From: Hemiscyllium ocellatum
Lineage: Eukaryota
Assembly: GCF_020745735.1 (NCBI RefSeq)
Contig: NC_083408.1
Coordinates: 84,226,484 to 84,290,483 of the forward strand
DNA: 64,000 nt
Reading direction: 5' to 3'
A program made the position numbers and the translations under genes. The notes under the pieces were generated by a model that was given only the letters and a program-made list of their open reading frames with translations, did not search any database and was not told the origin of the DNA. Positions within the stretch are counted from its first letter, which is position 1; each line of letters begins with the position of its first letter. This document shows, piece by piece, positions 37,069-49,480 of the stretch.

Positions 37069-38769
37069 TCAAAAGGTTCCCCATGGGAGACTGATTAGCA
37101 AGGTTAGATCTTATGGGACACATGGAGAACTAGCCATTTGAATACAGAACTGGCTTGAAGGTGGTGGAGGAGGTTTGCTTTTCAGACTGGAGGCCTGTGA
37201 CCAGTGGTGTGCCACAAAGATCGGTGTTGTGTCCACTGCTTTTTGTCATTTATATAAATGATTTGCATGTGAACACAGGAGGTACAGTTAGTAAGTTTGC
37301 AGATGACAGCAAAATTGGAGGTGTAGTGGACAGCAAAGAAGATTACCTGCGTACAAGTGGATCTTGATCAGTTCGGCCAATGGGCTGAGGAGTGGCAGAA
37401 TGGAGTTTAATTTAGATAAATGCAAGGTTTGGCATTTTGGAAAGGCAAATCAGAGTAGTACTTATATACTTAATGGTAAGGGCCTGGGGAATGTTGCTAA
37501 ACAAAGAGACCTTGGAGTGTAAGCTCATAGCTCCTTGAAAGTAGAATTGAAGGTAGATAGGATAGTGAAGAATGCGTTTGGTATACTTCCTTTATTGGAC
37601 AGAGCATTGAGTATAGGAGTTGGGAGGTCACGTTACAAATGTACAGGACACTGTTTAGGCCACATTTGGAATATTGTGTGCAATTCTGGTCTCCTTCCTA
37701 TTGGAAGGATGTTGTGAAACTTGAAAGGGTTCAGAAGAGATTTACAAGGATGTTGCCAGGGTGGAGGATTTGAGCTACAGGGAGAGCTGAATAGGCTGGG
37801 GCTGTTTTCCCTCAAGCATCAGAAACTGAGGGGTGATCTCATAGAGGTTTTTAAATCATGAGGAACATGGATAGGGTAAATAGACAAAGCCTTTTCCCTG
37901 GGGTGGGGGAGTCCAGAACTAGAGGATATAGGTTTAGGGTGAGAGGAAAAATTTAAAAGAGACCTAAGGAGCAATTTTTCATGCAGAGGGTGGTGCATGT
38001 ATGGAATGAATTGCCAGAGGAAGTGATGGAGGCTGGTACAGTTACAACATTGAAAAAAACATCTGAATGGGTATATGGATAGGAAGGGTTTAGAGAGATA
38101 TGGGCCAAATTCTGGCAAATGGGACTAGAATAGGTTAGTATATCTGGTCAGCTGCGATGAGTCGGTCCGAAGGGTCTTTTTCCGTGCTGCACATCTGTAT
38201 GACTCTATGACTCTAAGTCACAAGTGGACATAATTCTGCATTCCCCAGTCACAGGTGTGCAGGCCAGGGGAATCTGTAAAATTGCTCTTAGACAGTCATT
38301 ACAATATCTTTCAGGGTATCTCTTTTTGTTGTCACTTCTACATTTCACCATTCTTCCTCAAAGCTATATGGGCAGAATTTTGTTAGACAATAGGGTTTTT
38401 CACTCTGCTACTGAATAATCAGTAGCAAATGCAGACTACCAATGACAGCAGATCTGCAGCTAATTAATGGTCTGAGGAGTATGAATTGGCTGAAGACAGG
38501 TCTTCTACTCTGAGTGGAAGTCCTATCTCAGCAGCACTATCAAGCTATAATCAACATAATAAATAACAACCCAAATATAAACATTCCCAAATGTAAATGA
38601 TTCCTCTTCAACATTTCCTGAACAGTCTTTGACAAGATGACCATCCTATCTTTCTCAAATACTTCCCCATTGTTGTCCAGTTAATAATCTCTCCTAGTTC
38701 CATTCTTATCGGTCTAACCACAGTCAAAGAATCACATGCATTGGTTTCCATTCTTGTCCCATACTGTTA

Positions 38770-39397
38770 CCTCCTGGTGATGTTGAAACCCTCGACCATT
38801 CTTCTGTTACCTCAAGACTTGACTGGTCAAAAACAGTCCTGGTTGATCTCATGCTATCTATCCTCCATGGAACTAAACACAGCAAAGTTCTGCTGTCCAT
38901 ATCTTTTCTAGCCCAAAATCCCATTTTGCTATTACTCCTGTCCTTACTGGGCGACACTGACACCGTCATACAATGTCTTGACTCTAAAATCCACATCCCT
39001 GGTTTTGAATCCCTTCAGAACCTTACCTCACTTAATTGCTATTTTGTCCTTGAGCTCACAACCTTCCAAGATTTCTGCACTCCTCTTATACTGGCCTTTG
39101 AAATCTGACATCTCCAATGTCAAGCACTGCACCACTGCTGATCACAGCTTTCATTATCTTGGTCCTAAACTCTAGAATACTTTCTCAGAGTTCCAACATC
39201 CATCTGCTCTTCTACTTTGCTTTCCTTCTTTAAAACATTGTTTAAAATTTGTCTCTTTGACCAAACGCTTGTTCATCTGACTGAGCACCTCCTTACATGA
39301 CCTGGTGTCATACGGTATTGTTTTATAATACTCCTGAGAAAGACCTTGAGACATTTTATAATGTTAAAGGCACTGTATCAACATAACTTGCTATTTT
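38770..39397 (+). mobile_element. L2 LINE 3' remnant
   Basis: ETLDHSSVTSRLDWSKTVL resembles L2 ETLIHAFVTSRLDYCN; L2-like 3' UTR. Confidence 0.65.
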
Positions 39398-39949
39398 TGC
39401 AGGAACGTGGTCCCGGCTGTGCTCACAATAACAAGAATATGAATGAGACTTTTGCCTTAGCACACTGGATCAGATTATTGAAGTATTTTTTTGCCTCGTC
39501 TCCTGGCCCTACTTCTGGCAATTACAACCACAATCATAGTGAATTGTCCTTTCTTCAGCTGCAAGTCACACTTGTCGCATATGATGGAAATAGGGCAATC
39601 TATATTCTCCTTAATCACTCCCGTAAAGTTTCCAGAGTATTATCATTGTTGAAATTTATTGGCTTAGTGTGCAAGCCACCATCCATTGAGCTACATAATG
39701 CGTATTGCAGCTTCCACATGTGAGATGCAGAACACCAAGTACTGATATTGGAGCTGCTCAAAATCCTCCTCGGTCTTGCTACCCTTCAAATAGGAAGGTT
39801 TCTTAAACATCAGACTAATTCAGATTGATTTTTAAGTTCAACCAGAAGTTGATAAAGAAACTAAGAATGAATGGATTAGTACATAACTGTTAGATATCAG
39901 TGAACTAAAGTGTGACAACAAGAGTCGGGAACCAATGTAAGCAACAAGG

Positions 39950-42205
39950 GAAGGATTTTAAATAGTCGTAAATTATATGTTAAAACTGTAGATAATTGAG
40001 AATTGGGATGAGTGTAGGGAAGGGTAAAGACAAAGAGAACATAAGTGAATAACAATATTATTAATATGGCAGGAAACGGTAAAAAAGGAATATTGGAAGC
40101 TTCCATAAACAGATGAGAGAAAAAAAGAGGATAAAGAAACAGTGGCCTACCTGAGGTAGCTCAGGAGAATTTGACTTAAAAAATGACCAAGGAAGAGTCA
40201 ATATTACTAATGACTTCTTTGTGTTTGCGTTTGCTAACAAGTTGGAATACTGCCATCCTCACATTTAGTTTGAATTTAAAGAGCAAAGGGAAATTACCTA
40301 AAAGGAGTCACAATGAGAGAAAATTAAAGAGATCAAGTCATGAGGGCCTGACTTCAAAATGGAATGCTGAAATGGAGATAAATTATGGCTATCTAAGGGA
40401 TCACTAAAATGTAAAGAAGACTGGAGAATAGAAAATGTAGTTCCCAATTTGTAAAAACTAAAAATAGCAACTAAGGAAACAATAGGCCAACGGCCTTGGC
40501 ATAGTGAGAAAATATTTCAAAGTATTCTGAGAGGACAGTGAGGCAAAATAATGATAAACAATAAAAATACCTAGATTTTGCATGATGAATCATGAAGGAC
40601 CTAATTGATTATTTGCTAAGGGGAATTCTAAATTTAACTAACCAAGACTTCAGCAAAGCTGTTAATAAAATACCAAGGAGGAAGTTATTATATGAGGTAC
40701 AAAGAGATGGAATACGAGGGAGGATTTTGAAGTGGATACCTAACCAATGGAGTCAGAGGGTACCTATTAAATGAACCACATTAACTTGGAAAGAGGAGAT
40801 AAGCAATAAGCCACAGTCCATTGTGGTCTAAGCAAATATTGATGATTTGGTTGAATAGGAATCAAAATCCCCAAGTCTGCCAAAAATTCCAAATTAGGAA
40901 ATCACGTAGATTAGCTGGGAATTCAATGAACAACTTCAGAAAGATCTGGACAGGTTAGGAATTAAGTTCTAGTGATGAAGATGATACTTAATTTGGGGAA
41001 ATGCAAAGTCATGAAGCTGAGGAAACGCAAGCTGCAGGAGTGAAGAAAGGGAGCATCTAAAGGAGACACAGGAAAGAAATTGGGGAGAATGGATTTAAGC
41101 AACCAGCACAACATTCCGTAATTAGTTTATACAAAACACTGACCCACAATCTGTACACTTATACCAACACCATATAGTAGGCATAGACTCTGTCCAATCC
41201 TGTCAATGCTTTCCGAGTGCTTTTTAAGGAAGGATATGCTTGGCTCAAAGGACGTACAGCAGTATATTAGTTCCTACAAAAAGATGGTTATCCTAAAATG
41301 ATTGCATAAATTGGGCATGCATTCTCTGACATTTAGAAGATTGAGAGGTTATTTAATTAGAACTTACAAGGTTTTGAAGGGGATTGGCCATGTAGACACT
41401 AAGAGATTGTCTCCCTATAGGAGAAAGTGAGGTCTGCAGATGCTGGAAATCAGAGCTGAAAATGTGTTGCTGGAAAAGCACAGCAGGTCAGGCAGCATCC
41501 AAGGAACAGGAGATTCGACATTTCAGGCATAAGCCCTTCCTCAGGAATGAGGAAAGTGTGTCCAGCAGGCTAAGATAAAAGGTAGGGAGGAGGGACTTGG
41601 GGGAGGGGCGATGGAGATGCGATAGAGATGCGATAGGTGGAAGGAGGTCAAGCTGAGGGTGATAGGCCAGAGTGGGGTGGGGGCGGAGAGGTCAGGAAGA
41701 AGTTTGCAGGTTAGGAAGGCAGTGGTGAGTTCGAGGGATTTGACTGAGACAAGGTGGGGGAGGGGAAATGAGGAAACTGAAGAAATCTGAGTTCATCCCT
41801 TGTGGTTGGACGGTTCCCAGGCAGAAGATGAGGCGCTCTTCCTCCAACCGTCATGTTGTTATGGTCTGCCTGACCTGCTGTGCTTTTCCAGCAACACATT
41901 TTCAGCATTGTCTCCCTACAGACAGGATGGAGCACAAACCCAGGTCAAGGGATTGATCAATTTAGTACTGAAATTAGGAGAAACTTCTTTACTCAAGTAG
42001 ATCTGAACCTTTGGGATTTTCCACCCCAGATATTTTTGAGTACACTCAGTACACTTAAGATTTAAAGCTCAGAAAGTTAGATTTTTGATTTTACACAAAA
42101 TCAAGGGAAAGGGAAAGCAGGCAGGAAAGTGGAGTTAAAGCCCAAGATTGAATAGTGGAGCAGGCTCAGAACTGAATAATCTTCATCTGCTCCTACCTCT
42201 TATCT
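39950..42205 (+). mobile_element. Highly decayed CR1-group LINE
   Basis: QDFSKAVNKIPRRKLL at about 40650, LQKDLDRL at about 40935, RRNFFTQ and CR1-like 3' UTR at about 42000-42200. Confidence 0.6.
41421..41906 (-). mobile_element. 5'-truncated PLE family A with short inverted arm
   Basis: Minus strand endonuclease C-terminus RLEEERLIFCLGTVQPQGMNSDF, pyrimidine-rich UTR, hammerhead relic, tail; inverted arm 41866-41906; 15-bp TSD ATTGTCTCCCTA(T/C)AG at 41406-41420 and 41907-41921. Confidence 0.88.
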
Positions 42206-43682
42206 GAAGTGTCCATCAATAAGCCAACTAATTACCTTAATTATCTTAATTGAGTGACCACTTCTGGTCAAATGGCAGCTAAGCAAATAGCATTCCCTTC
42301 TTTGGTAATGTTATATGGCCATAGGAGCACACTAGCCTTGTGTGTCTTTTTGCCATCTCCAAATCTCTCAAAGGGCAGATATGGGAGGAACAGTGTGTTG
42401 ATAGCCAAAAATTAACAAAATGGAAAGGGCTTGTTTGTGAAGGCTATCTGGTAAACACATCGGTTTCTGGCATTCTGACTTGCATGTACACTCTTGAAAT
42501 GAAACAGAATATCAGAGTTTGTAGCATGCTGGCCGTGCATATGAGAAGGTCAAAAGAAGGATAAAATGTGCAACCTAATGGTGTTAGTATGATCTTCTCT
42601 GCAGATTCAGTTTCATTTCTATTTTTAAAGTGTGAGTGGGGATTATGTAGGATAAGTAACTGATTCAAAAATGTTGTGAATGTAACATGTACAGTCAAAA
42701 TTATGAGAGCACTGAGGCACCCTAGGGTTATGGATGTGTTGTACCCTGAAACAATCTGATTCACTTACATCTCCTGAACACCACACTGAATGGCACTGAT
42801 GATATGCACTGACTCAGTCTATTGATATTAATGTAACATTCTCCTACTATACTGTCTGGTTCCATTACATCTCCCGGCTGTTCAGTCCAATGATATCTGT
42901 AGTGCGCAGAGATAAAAGGAATAAAAACTTCAATGCAGCAGATGAATAGAGCTGAGCTGTTTATATTAGGGGGAAGTTCTTTGAAATATTAAACAGCAAA
43001 AAATAACTGTGCTCTCACCATTCAAATATGCCAGCTGCAAACTGAGGCCACTTGTGGTAAACACCATTACTGGCCACTTTAAATATCAAAAGATTGAAAA
43101 CAATATCATGATTTTGGCATTTGTCCAGCAGGTATTATGTATGATAACTAGTTTAAATTACCAGGAAGCCCTATTTAATTTTCAGCATGCAGTCTAAATC
43201 ATTCGCATTAATTAATAGTTTAGAGGTGGGAAGTAGGTTAGATCCTTTTGGTTAATTCTGTGGTCTAAATATCCATTGAAACCAATTAATATAACTAGAA
43301 GGATTTAAGCCAGGCATTACTGATCCTCATTTAAATTATTAGGTCACAGTGACCCACAGAATTTTGCTTAAATCATTATATGAGGATTACCAGCCTGAGA
43401 TATTGAGAGCAGAGTATCTTCTTGTTTTCTTTGTATGATTAGAAAATATTTGATATGCTCAGCAGGTTCATCAGCATCTGAAGGAGTGGTAAGCAATTAA
43501 CATTGTAGATGGGAATTTGACTTGTGTTCAGAAAACCTACAGGCTGTCCAGCTTTTTGGCTATTACAATCTTTGTTTTGTATGTTTTCACTACTGAAGTG
43601 AATTAAGTCATTGTCATTTAGTGGGAACTATGTGTTATGTTATGCATCATGTGAATAACTTCAAAGGTTTATAAAATCATGA

Positions 43683-44600
43683 GTATAGGGGTTGAGAGGT
43701 CATGTTGTAACTACACAGGACATTGGTTAAGCCATCATTGGACTGTTGCGTGCAATTCTAGTCTCCCTCCCATAAGAAGGATATTTTGAAACTTGAAAGG
43801 GTTCAAAAAATTTACAAGGATGTTACCAAGGTTGGAGAGTTTGAGCTATAGGGACAGGCTGAATAGACTGGAGCTGATTTCCTGGGAGCATTGGAGGCTG
43901 AGGGGTGTCCTTTATAAAGATTTATAAAAATCATGAGGGATATGGATAGGGTGAATAGCCAAGGTCTTCCCCCTGAAGTGGGGGAGTCCAAAATTACAGG
44001 TCATGAGTTTCAAGTGAGGGGGGGAAAGACTTAAGGGGCAACTTCTTCACACAGAAGGTGGTGCGTGTGTGGAATGTGCAGCCAAAAGAAGTAGTGGAGG
44101 CTGGTACAATTGTGACATTTAAAAAGCACCTGGATGGGTATGTGAATAGGAAAAGTTTAGAGGGACGTGGACCAAACACTGGCAAATGGAACTACATACA
44201 CTTTAGGATATCTGGTCAACATTGAGTTGGACTAAAGGGTCTGTTTCCATGCTGTACATCTCTATAACTCTATAAGGGCTATAGGTAGAGCTAATGGTAA
44301 GTGTCTTTCTCCTAGAATGGAAATTTCAAGACTAGAGAGCAGATTTTTAAGATGTGAGGGCAGAGTTTTAAAAACACATGAAAGGCAAATTTTATACAAA
44401 GGGTGGTTTGCATGTGAAATTAACTTCCTGAGACAGTGTTGGATGTGGGCAGTTAGTGTTTTAAAAGACACTTATCTAAGTATATGGTTAGAAAAGTTTG
44501 AAGCAATGTGGGCCAGGAGCAAGAACTAGTTCAGTTTGGGATTACATTCAGCATGGATGGATTGGACCGAAGGATCTATTCCCATGCTACATGACTCTAC
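43683..44600 (+). mobile_element. Two tandem CR1 3' fragments
   Basis: 43683-44273 is collinear with 37610-38214; a second older 3' end runs to ctacatgactcta at about 44600. Confidence 0.8.
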
Positions 44601-46534
44601 ATCTTTCCTTCAAGCAATGGAACAACAGTGACAATGAATCTTCAATCATTGGACTGAAAATACCCTGCTTGCTTCAAATCAATACTGAAAGTGGAATACC
44701 TTACAGGACCTGTGATCCCAGAAAGGAAGTTAGCCATTCACAAAATTTTAAAATTCCAAATATTCCTGATATAAAGCCAGACTTCGGGGAACCAAGGTAT
44801 AACAAGGATGTTAATGTTTTCAGCACCCTCAATACTTTTAAGTTTGATACAAATTTCCCCAAAGCCACCAGGAATTGATTAAAGGGGTAGAAATTGACTT
44901 TTGCTTGTTAGGGTCCAAAATTGGCGATCATCCAGAATCTATTCTAGATTAGATTGATAGTGAGCTTATTTTCCAGAATTAATAAAGCCATTTGCCCCAT
45001 CATCTCAGGTGTGTAGATGCCCCTATGGTGATGGGAGGGGGGGTGTGGGGAGGCACAGTGAAGGTCAACAATGTGTATGGGAGATGGGCCCAAATGCTAT
45101 TTAATTAGGGAACGCCTGTTTCTTCTTGGCTCCACAGCAATCACATTTAATTTCTCTCCTTTTTTTTTCAGAAAATCTCTTGCATTTTGTTGGTGGTGAA
45201 CCAAGTTTGGCTGTTAGTCCATATCTGTGACCAATTTGAGTAAATCGTCGTAAAAATGGTGCAAATCTAAGCCATTCTTAAAAGCCATGCTGGACAACTA
45301 AAAAGATATTTCATGGTAATCAACCACCTATTTCTAGTTCTGATATTGCAAAAAATGCTAGGGCATCGAAATTAGAACATGAACTGTTTCATTATGGCAG
45401 TTTGAGCCATTCAACATTTGATGTTCCTAGCCCTTGTTAATACATGAGCTGCTTTCTGCTCCTCCACACAAAGATTTCTCACGTCAAGATTAGAAATTGT
45501 TTTTGGATTTTCCACAATTGTTAGTTAATCCCTCTTAGCTGTCTCATAAATGCCACATTGCAAGCTAGCAGGCTTGACTTGAATCCATCCCTAGAATGTT
45601 GCCCTGTGTGTTTCTATTGATCATGGCTATAATTAATTTCCTAGAGCTAGGAGAGATGAGCAGACGGAAATTGGGCACAACTTTTGCCAGCAGCTATGGT
45701 GTCCCAGAGAACATTTTTCCCATTGTTCAATGATATCCAATTATTAAATGTACTGATACTAGCACTTTTGCTGGATCCTTTTTATTTGTGAATATTTTAG
45801 TTGATTCTGTTTGATCAGCAGGTGAAGCCTACTCATACAAGTTAATACTAAGTGGCAACATTCACCTCTGGCAATGTTTTTTTTTGTTCGTTATCTGGAT
45901 TTCACATGTCAAATCAAGAAGTAAAGCTGATTTATTTTTAAGGCACAATGCAGTAAAACTAACTGCAGATGTCTTCAACAACCTTGTCATCAACTTGAAT
46001 ATCTATCTGAAATTATACCTTTTATCAAAGTAATTTAGATCTACTGTCTTCATGTTAGATGAAAAAGTGGAAATCATGTCACAAGCAATCAGCCTTTTGA
46101 CTTCTATCCAAAAGAACCATAGAATTATGAAATGAGGCAGTACAAAAAAACCAATGTTGCCGGTCCTGACTCTGTGAAACGGCCATCCAGTTCATCCATT
46201 GCCCTGCTCTTTCGTTCTCACCCCCAAAATATTCCCTTTTGAAGTAACCACCTAATTTCCTTCTGAAAGTTATTATTGATTCTGCTTACACCATCCCTTC
46301 AAGTATTGCATTTTAGATAAAAGCATGTCACTTCATAAAGATTTCTCCTTAAACTGCCTCCAGTTCCTTAAACAGTTTATATATGTCCTCTAGTAACGAG
46401 CATTTTTTCATTTCTTATTTATTATACCAAACTCTGCTCTATCTCACTGTCCTCGAGGTAGAACAGCACCAACTCCCTTGGTCTGTCCATGTAACTGAAC
46501 TCCTGAAGTCGTGTTTTAGCAGATGTCTCATCTA

Positions 46535-48871
46535 TAGGGTGTAGGTTTGCTCGCTGAGCTGTAGGTTTGATATCCAGACGTTTCATTACCTGGCTAGGTA
46601 ACATCATCAGTGGCGACTTCCAAGTGAAGCGAAACTGTTGTCTCCTGCTTTCTATTTATATCTTTCTCCTGGATGGGGGTTCCTGGGGTTTGTGGTGACG
46701 TCATTTTCTGAGGGGTTGATAGATGGCATCTAGATCTACGTGTTTGTTTATGGTGTTGTGTTGGAGTGCCAGGCTTCTAGGAATTTTCTGGCATGTCTTT
46801 GCTTAGTCTGTCCCAGGATAGATGTGTTGTCCCAGTTGAAATGGTGTTTTTTTTTTCATCCGTGTGTAGGGCTACGAGGGAGAGCGGGTCGTATCTTTTT
46901 GTGGCTAGCTGGTGTTCATGTATCCTGATGGCTAACTTTTTTCCTGTTTGTCCTACGTGGTGTTTGCGGCAGTCCTTGCATGAAATTTTGTAGATGACGT
47001 TGGTTTTGTCCATGGGTTGTACTGGGTCTTTTAAATTTGTTCGTTTTTTGTTTGAGAGTGTCGGTGGGTTTGTGTGCTACTAGCATTCCGAGGGGTCTCC
47101 TGAACAGAAGGGACTACATAGAAAAAGCCAATGAACTACCTGCAGACACCAACACCTACCAAAAGGTGGCGCTAGACCCAACCCCACAACTAGGAAACAA
47201 AATTACATATCTCCTAAGAAAATTACACAATTCCAGACAATTAAACAAGACGGAATTCCAGAAAATGAAACCCGACGGGACCAATACCCCACGATTCTAC
47301 AGACTACCATAAATCAGGAGCCCCCTCAGACCTATAGTCTCACTACCCAGAACACCAACTTACAGACTGGCCAAATAACTACACGCAAGACTGAAGTACC
47401 TAGTAGAAGAGTCACAGCACTCCATCCACTTCACCCAAGAATTCCTGAAAATCATCAAAAACACCAAAATATAGGAAGACGAAGCAATGATCTCATTCGA
47501 CGTAACAGCACTGTTCACCTCCATCAACATTGACCTAGCAAAGGAAACACTTACCACACTTTTAGAAGAGACCATCACACACCCACCAAACACCATCAAT
47601 CATATTACCAATGAAAATATCATGAAGCTAGTGGACCTGTGCCTCATCACCCACTTCACTTTCAACAACATAGTCTACAAACAAACCAACGGCACACTCA
47701 TGGGATCTCCGCTATCGGGATTCCTAGCAGAAGCAGTAATGCAAAGGCTAGAACAAACAGCCCTACCAATCATCAAACCAAAAATCTGGGTTCACTACGT
47801 AGATGACACCTTTTTGTCAGCACAAAATGAAACAAGATAGAAGAGACATTTAACATCAACAACATCCTCACAGGCATAAAGTTCACCAAGGAGGAAGAAA
47901 CTGTCAACAAACTTCCCACTTCTGGACGTCACAATAGAAAGAAACGACAACAGAGAATTACAAACCTGCATATACAGAAAACCGACAAACACTGACCAAA
48001 TACTCAACTACACCAGCAACCATCCCAACACGCACAAACTAAGCTGTGTCAGAACACTATTCCAACGAGCTACCACACACTGCAGCACAGACGAACTTTG
48101 AAAAACAGAGGAGAACTACCTATATGAAGTATTCAAGAAGAACGGCTACTCAAAAAACACAGTGCGCAGATTCCTCAAGAACAAACCACGACAAGCAGAC
48201 AAAACACAGTCAGAAACCCAAACCACCTTCAAAGGTGGTTTCAGAAATGGCAGCCAGACTGCTGAGACCCCTCGGAATCCGAGTAGCACACAAACCCACC
48301 AACATTCTCAGACAAAAACTAACAAATTTAAAAGACCCAGTACAACCCATGGACAAAACCAACGTCATCTACAAAATTTCATGCAAGGACTGACACAAAC
48401 ACTACATAGGACAAACAGGAAGAAAGTTAACCACCAGGATACATGAACACCAGCTAACCACAAAAAGATACGACCCGCTCTCCCTCATAGCCCTACACAC
48501 GGATTGAAAAAAAACACCATTTCAACTGGGACAACACATCTATCCTGGGACAGGCTAAGCAAAGACATGCCAGAGAATTCCTAGAGGCTTGGCACTCCAA
48601 CCACAATGCCATAAACAAACACGTAAATCTAGATGCCATATATCAACCCCTCAGAAAACAAACAGGAAATGACATCACCACAAACCCCAGGAACCTCATC
48701 CAGGAGAAAGATAGAAAGCAGGAGACAACAGCTTCACTTCACTTCACTTAGAGGTCACCACTGATGTTACCTAGCCAGGTAATGAAACGTCTGGATATCA
48801 AAACTACAGCTCAGCGAGCAAACCTACACCCTAAATCTCAACCTGAGCTACAAAACCTTCACAAACCTTGC
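46535..48871 (+). mobile_element. Penelope-like retroelement (Poseidon/Penelope-type, family D), 5'-truncated with inverted 5' copy
   Basis: RT motifs MISFDVTALFTSI, GTLMGSPLSGFLAEAVM, WVHYVDDTF; GIY-YIG NVIYKISCKD..HYIGQTGRK...IHEH; 46535-47095 is an inverted copy of about 48265-48833; tail of about 37 nt on the right only. Confidence 0.93.
46574..46613 (-). ncRNA. Intact minimal type-I hammerhead ribozyme motif (family D)
   Basis: Minus strand CCA-CTGATGA-T-GTTACC-TAGCCA-GGTAAT-GAAA-CG-TC-TGG; the sister copy at 48758-48794 has a 3-nt core deletion. Confidence 0.8.
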
Positions 48872-49279
48872 ATCTCCTGTATATTCTCTAAGGTTTCCAC
48901 ATCATTCTCAAAGTGTCATGTCCATCATTAAACACAACGTCTCAGCTCCAACCTAACCATTGATTAATAAAGTTTAGCAGGAGTTTCTTGCTTTTGTCCA
49001 CTATGCTGTTGTTTGCAATCCCAAGGATGTCTGATTTCTAAATATCTTTCACAACTTGTCTCAGCAACTTCAAACACTGTATATACTCACCCAGTTCCTA
49101 CACACCTTTTTAAGTAACCTGTTCAGACCTATTATGATAAACCTGGATCAGGTAGGACTTGAAGCAGAAGTAGGAATTGCTGGAGAACCCAACAGGTCTG
49201 GCAGCATTTGTGAGAACAAAGCAGTGTTCATGTTTTGATTCTGGTAATTCTTCAGCAGAAGATCTGAACCCTGCTCTTC

Positions 49280-49480
49280 AAGGAGAAAGTGAGGACTGCA
49301 GATGCTGGAGATCAGAGCTGAAAAATGTGTTGCTGGAAAAGCACAGCAGGTCAGGCAGCATCAAAGGAGCAGGAGAATTGACGTTTTGATTCCTGAAGAA
49401 GGGCTCATGCCCAAAACATCGATTCTCCTGCCCCTTGGTTGCTGCCTGACCTGCTGTGCTTTTCCAGCAACACATTTTTC
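49280..49480. mobile_element. PLE family A fold-back mini-element
   Basis: Inverted arms, tail on the left, hammerhead relic CTGAAGA-AGGGC-TCAT-GCCC-AAAA-CATC; 13-bp TSD AACCCTGCTCTTC at 49267-49279 and 49481-49493. Confidence 0.9.

Larger units (their letters stand above)
34110..38214 (+). mobile_element. Near full-length decayed CR1 (HER1-like) LINE
   Basis: ORF1 zinc-finger/esterase; ORF2 APE (NCIYLNAR at about 35245, GLYYRP, GDFNF, SDHN) and RT ([26 protein letters not shown]); 3' (tatgactc)n tail; many stops and frameshifts. Confidence 0.93.

Noticed and set aside
7520-49480. Palindromic repeats read as MITEs/DNA transposons or as a CRISPR-like array
   Set aside because: Copies are dispersed with no regular spacers, are asymmetric, have long variable TSDs and are physically attached to PLE GIY-YIG sequence; no cas or cognate transposase is seen
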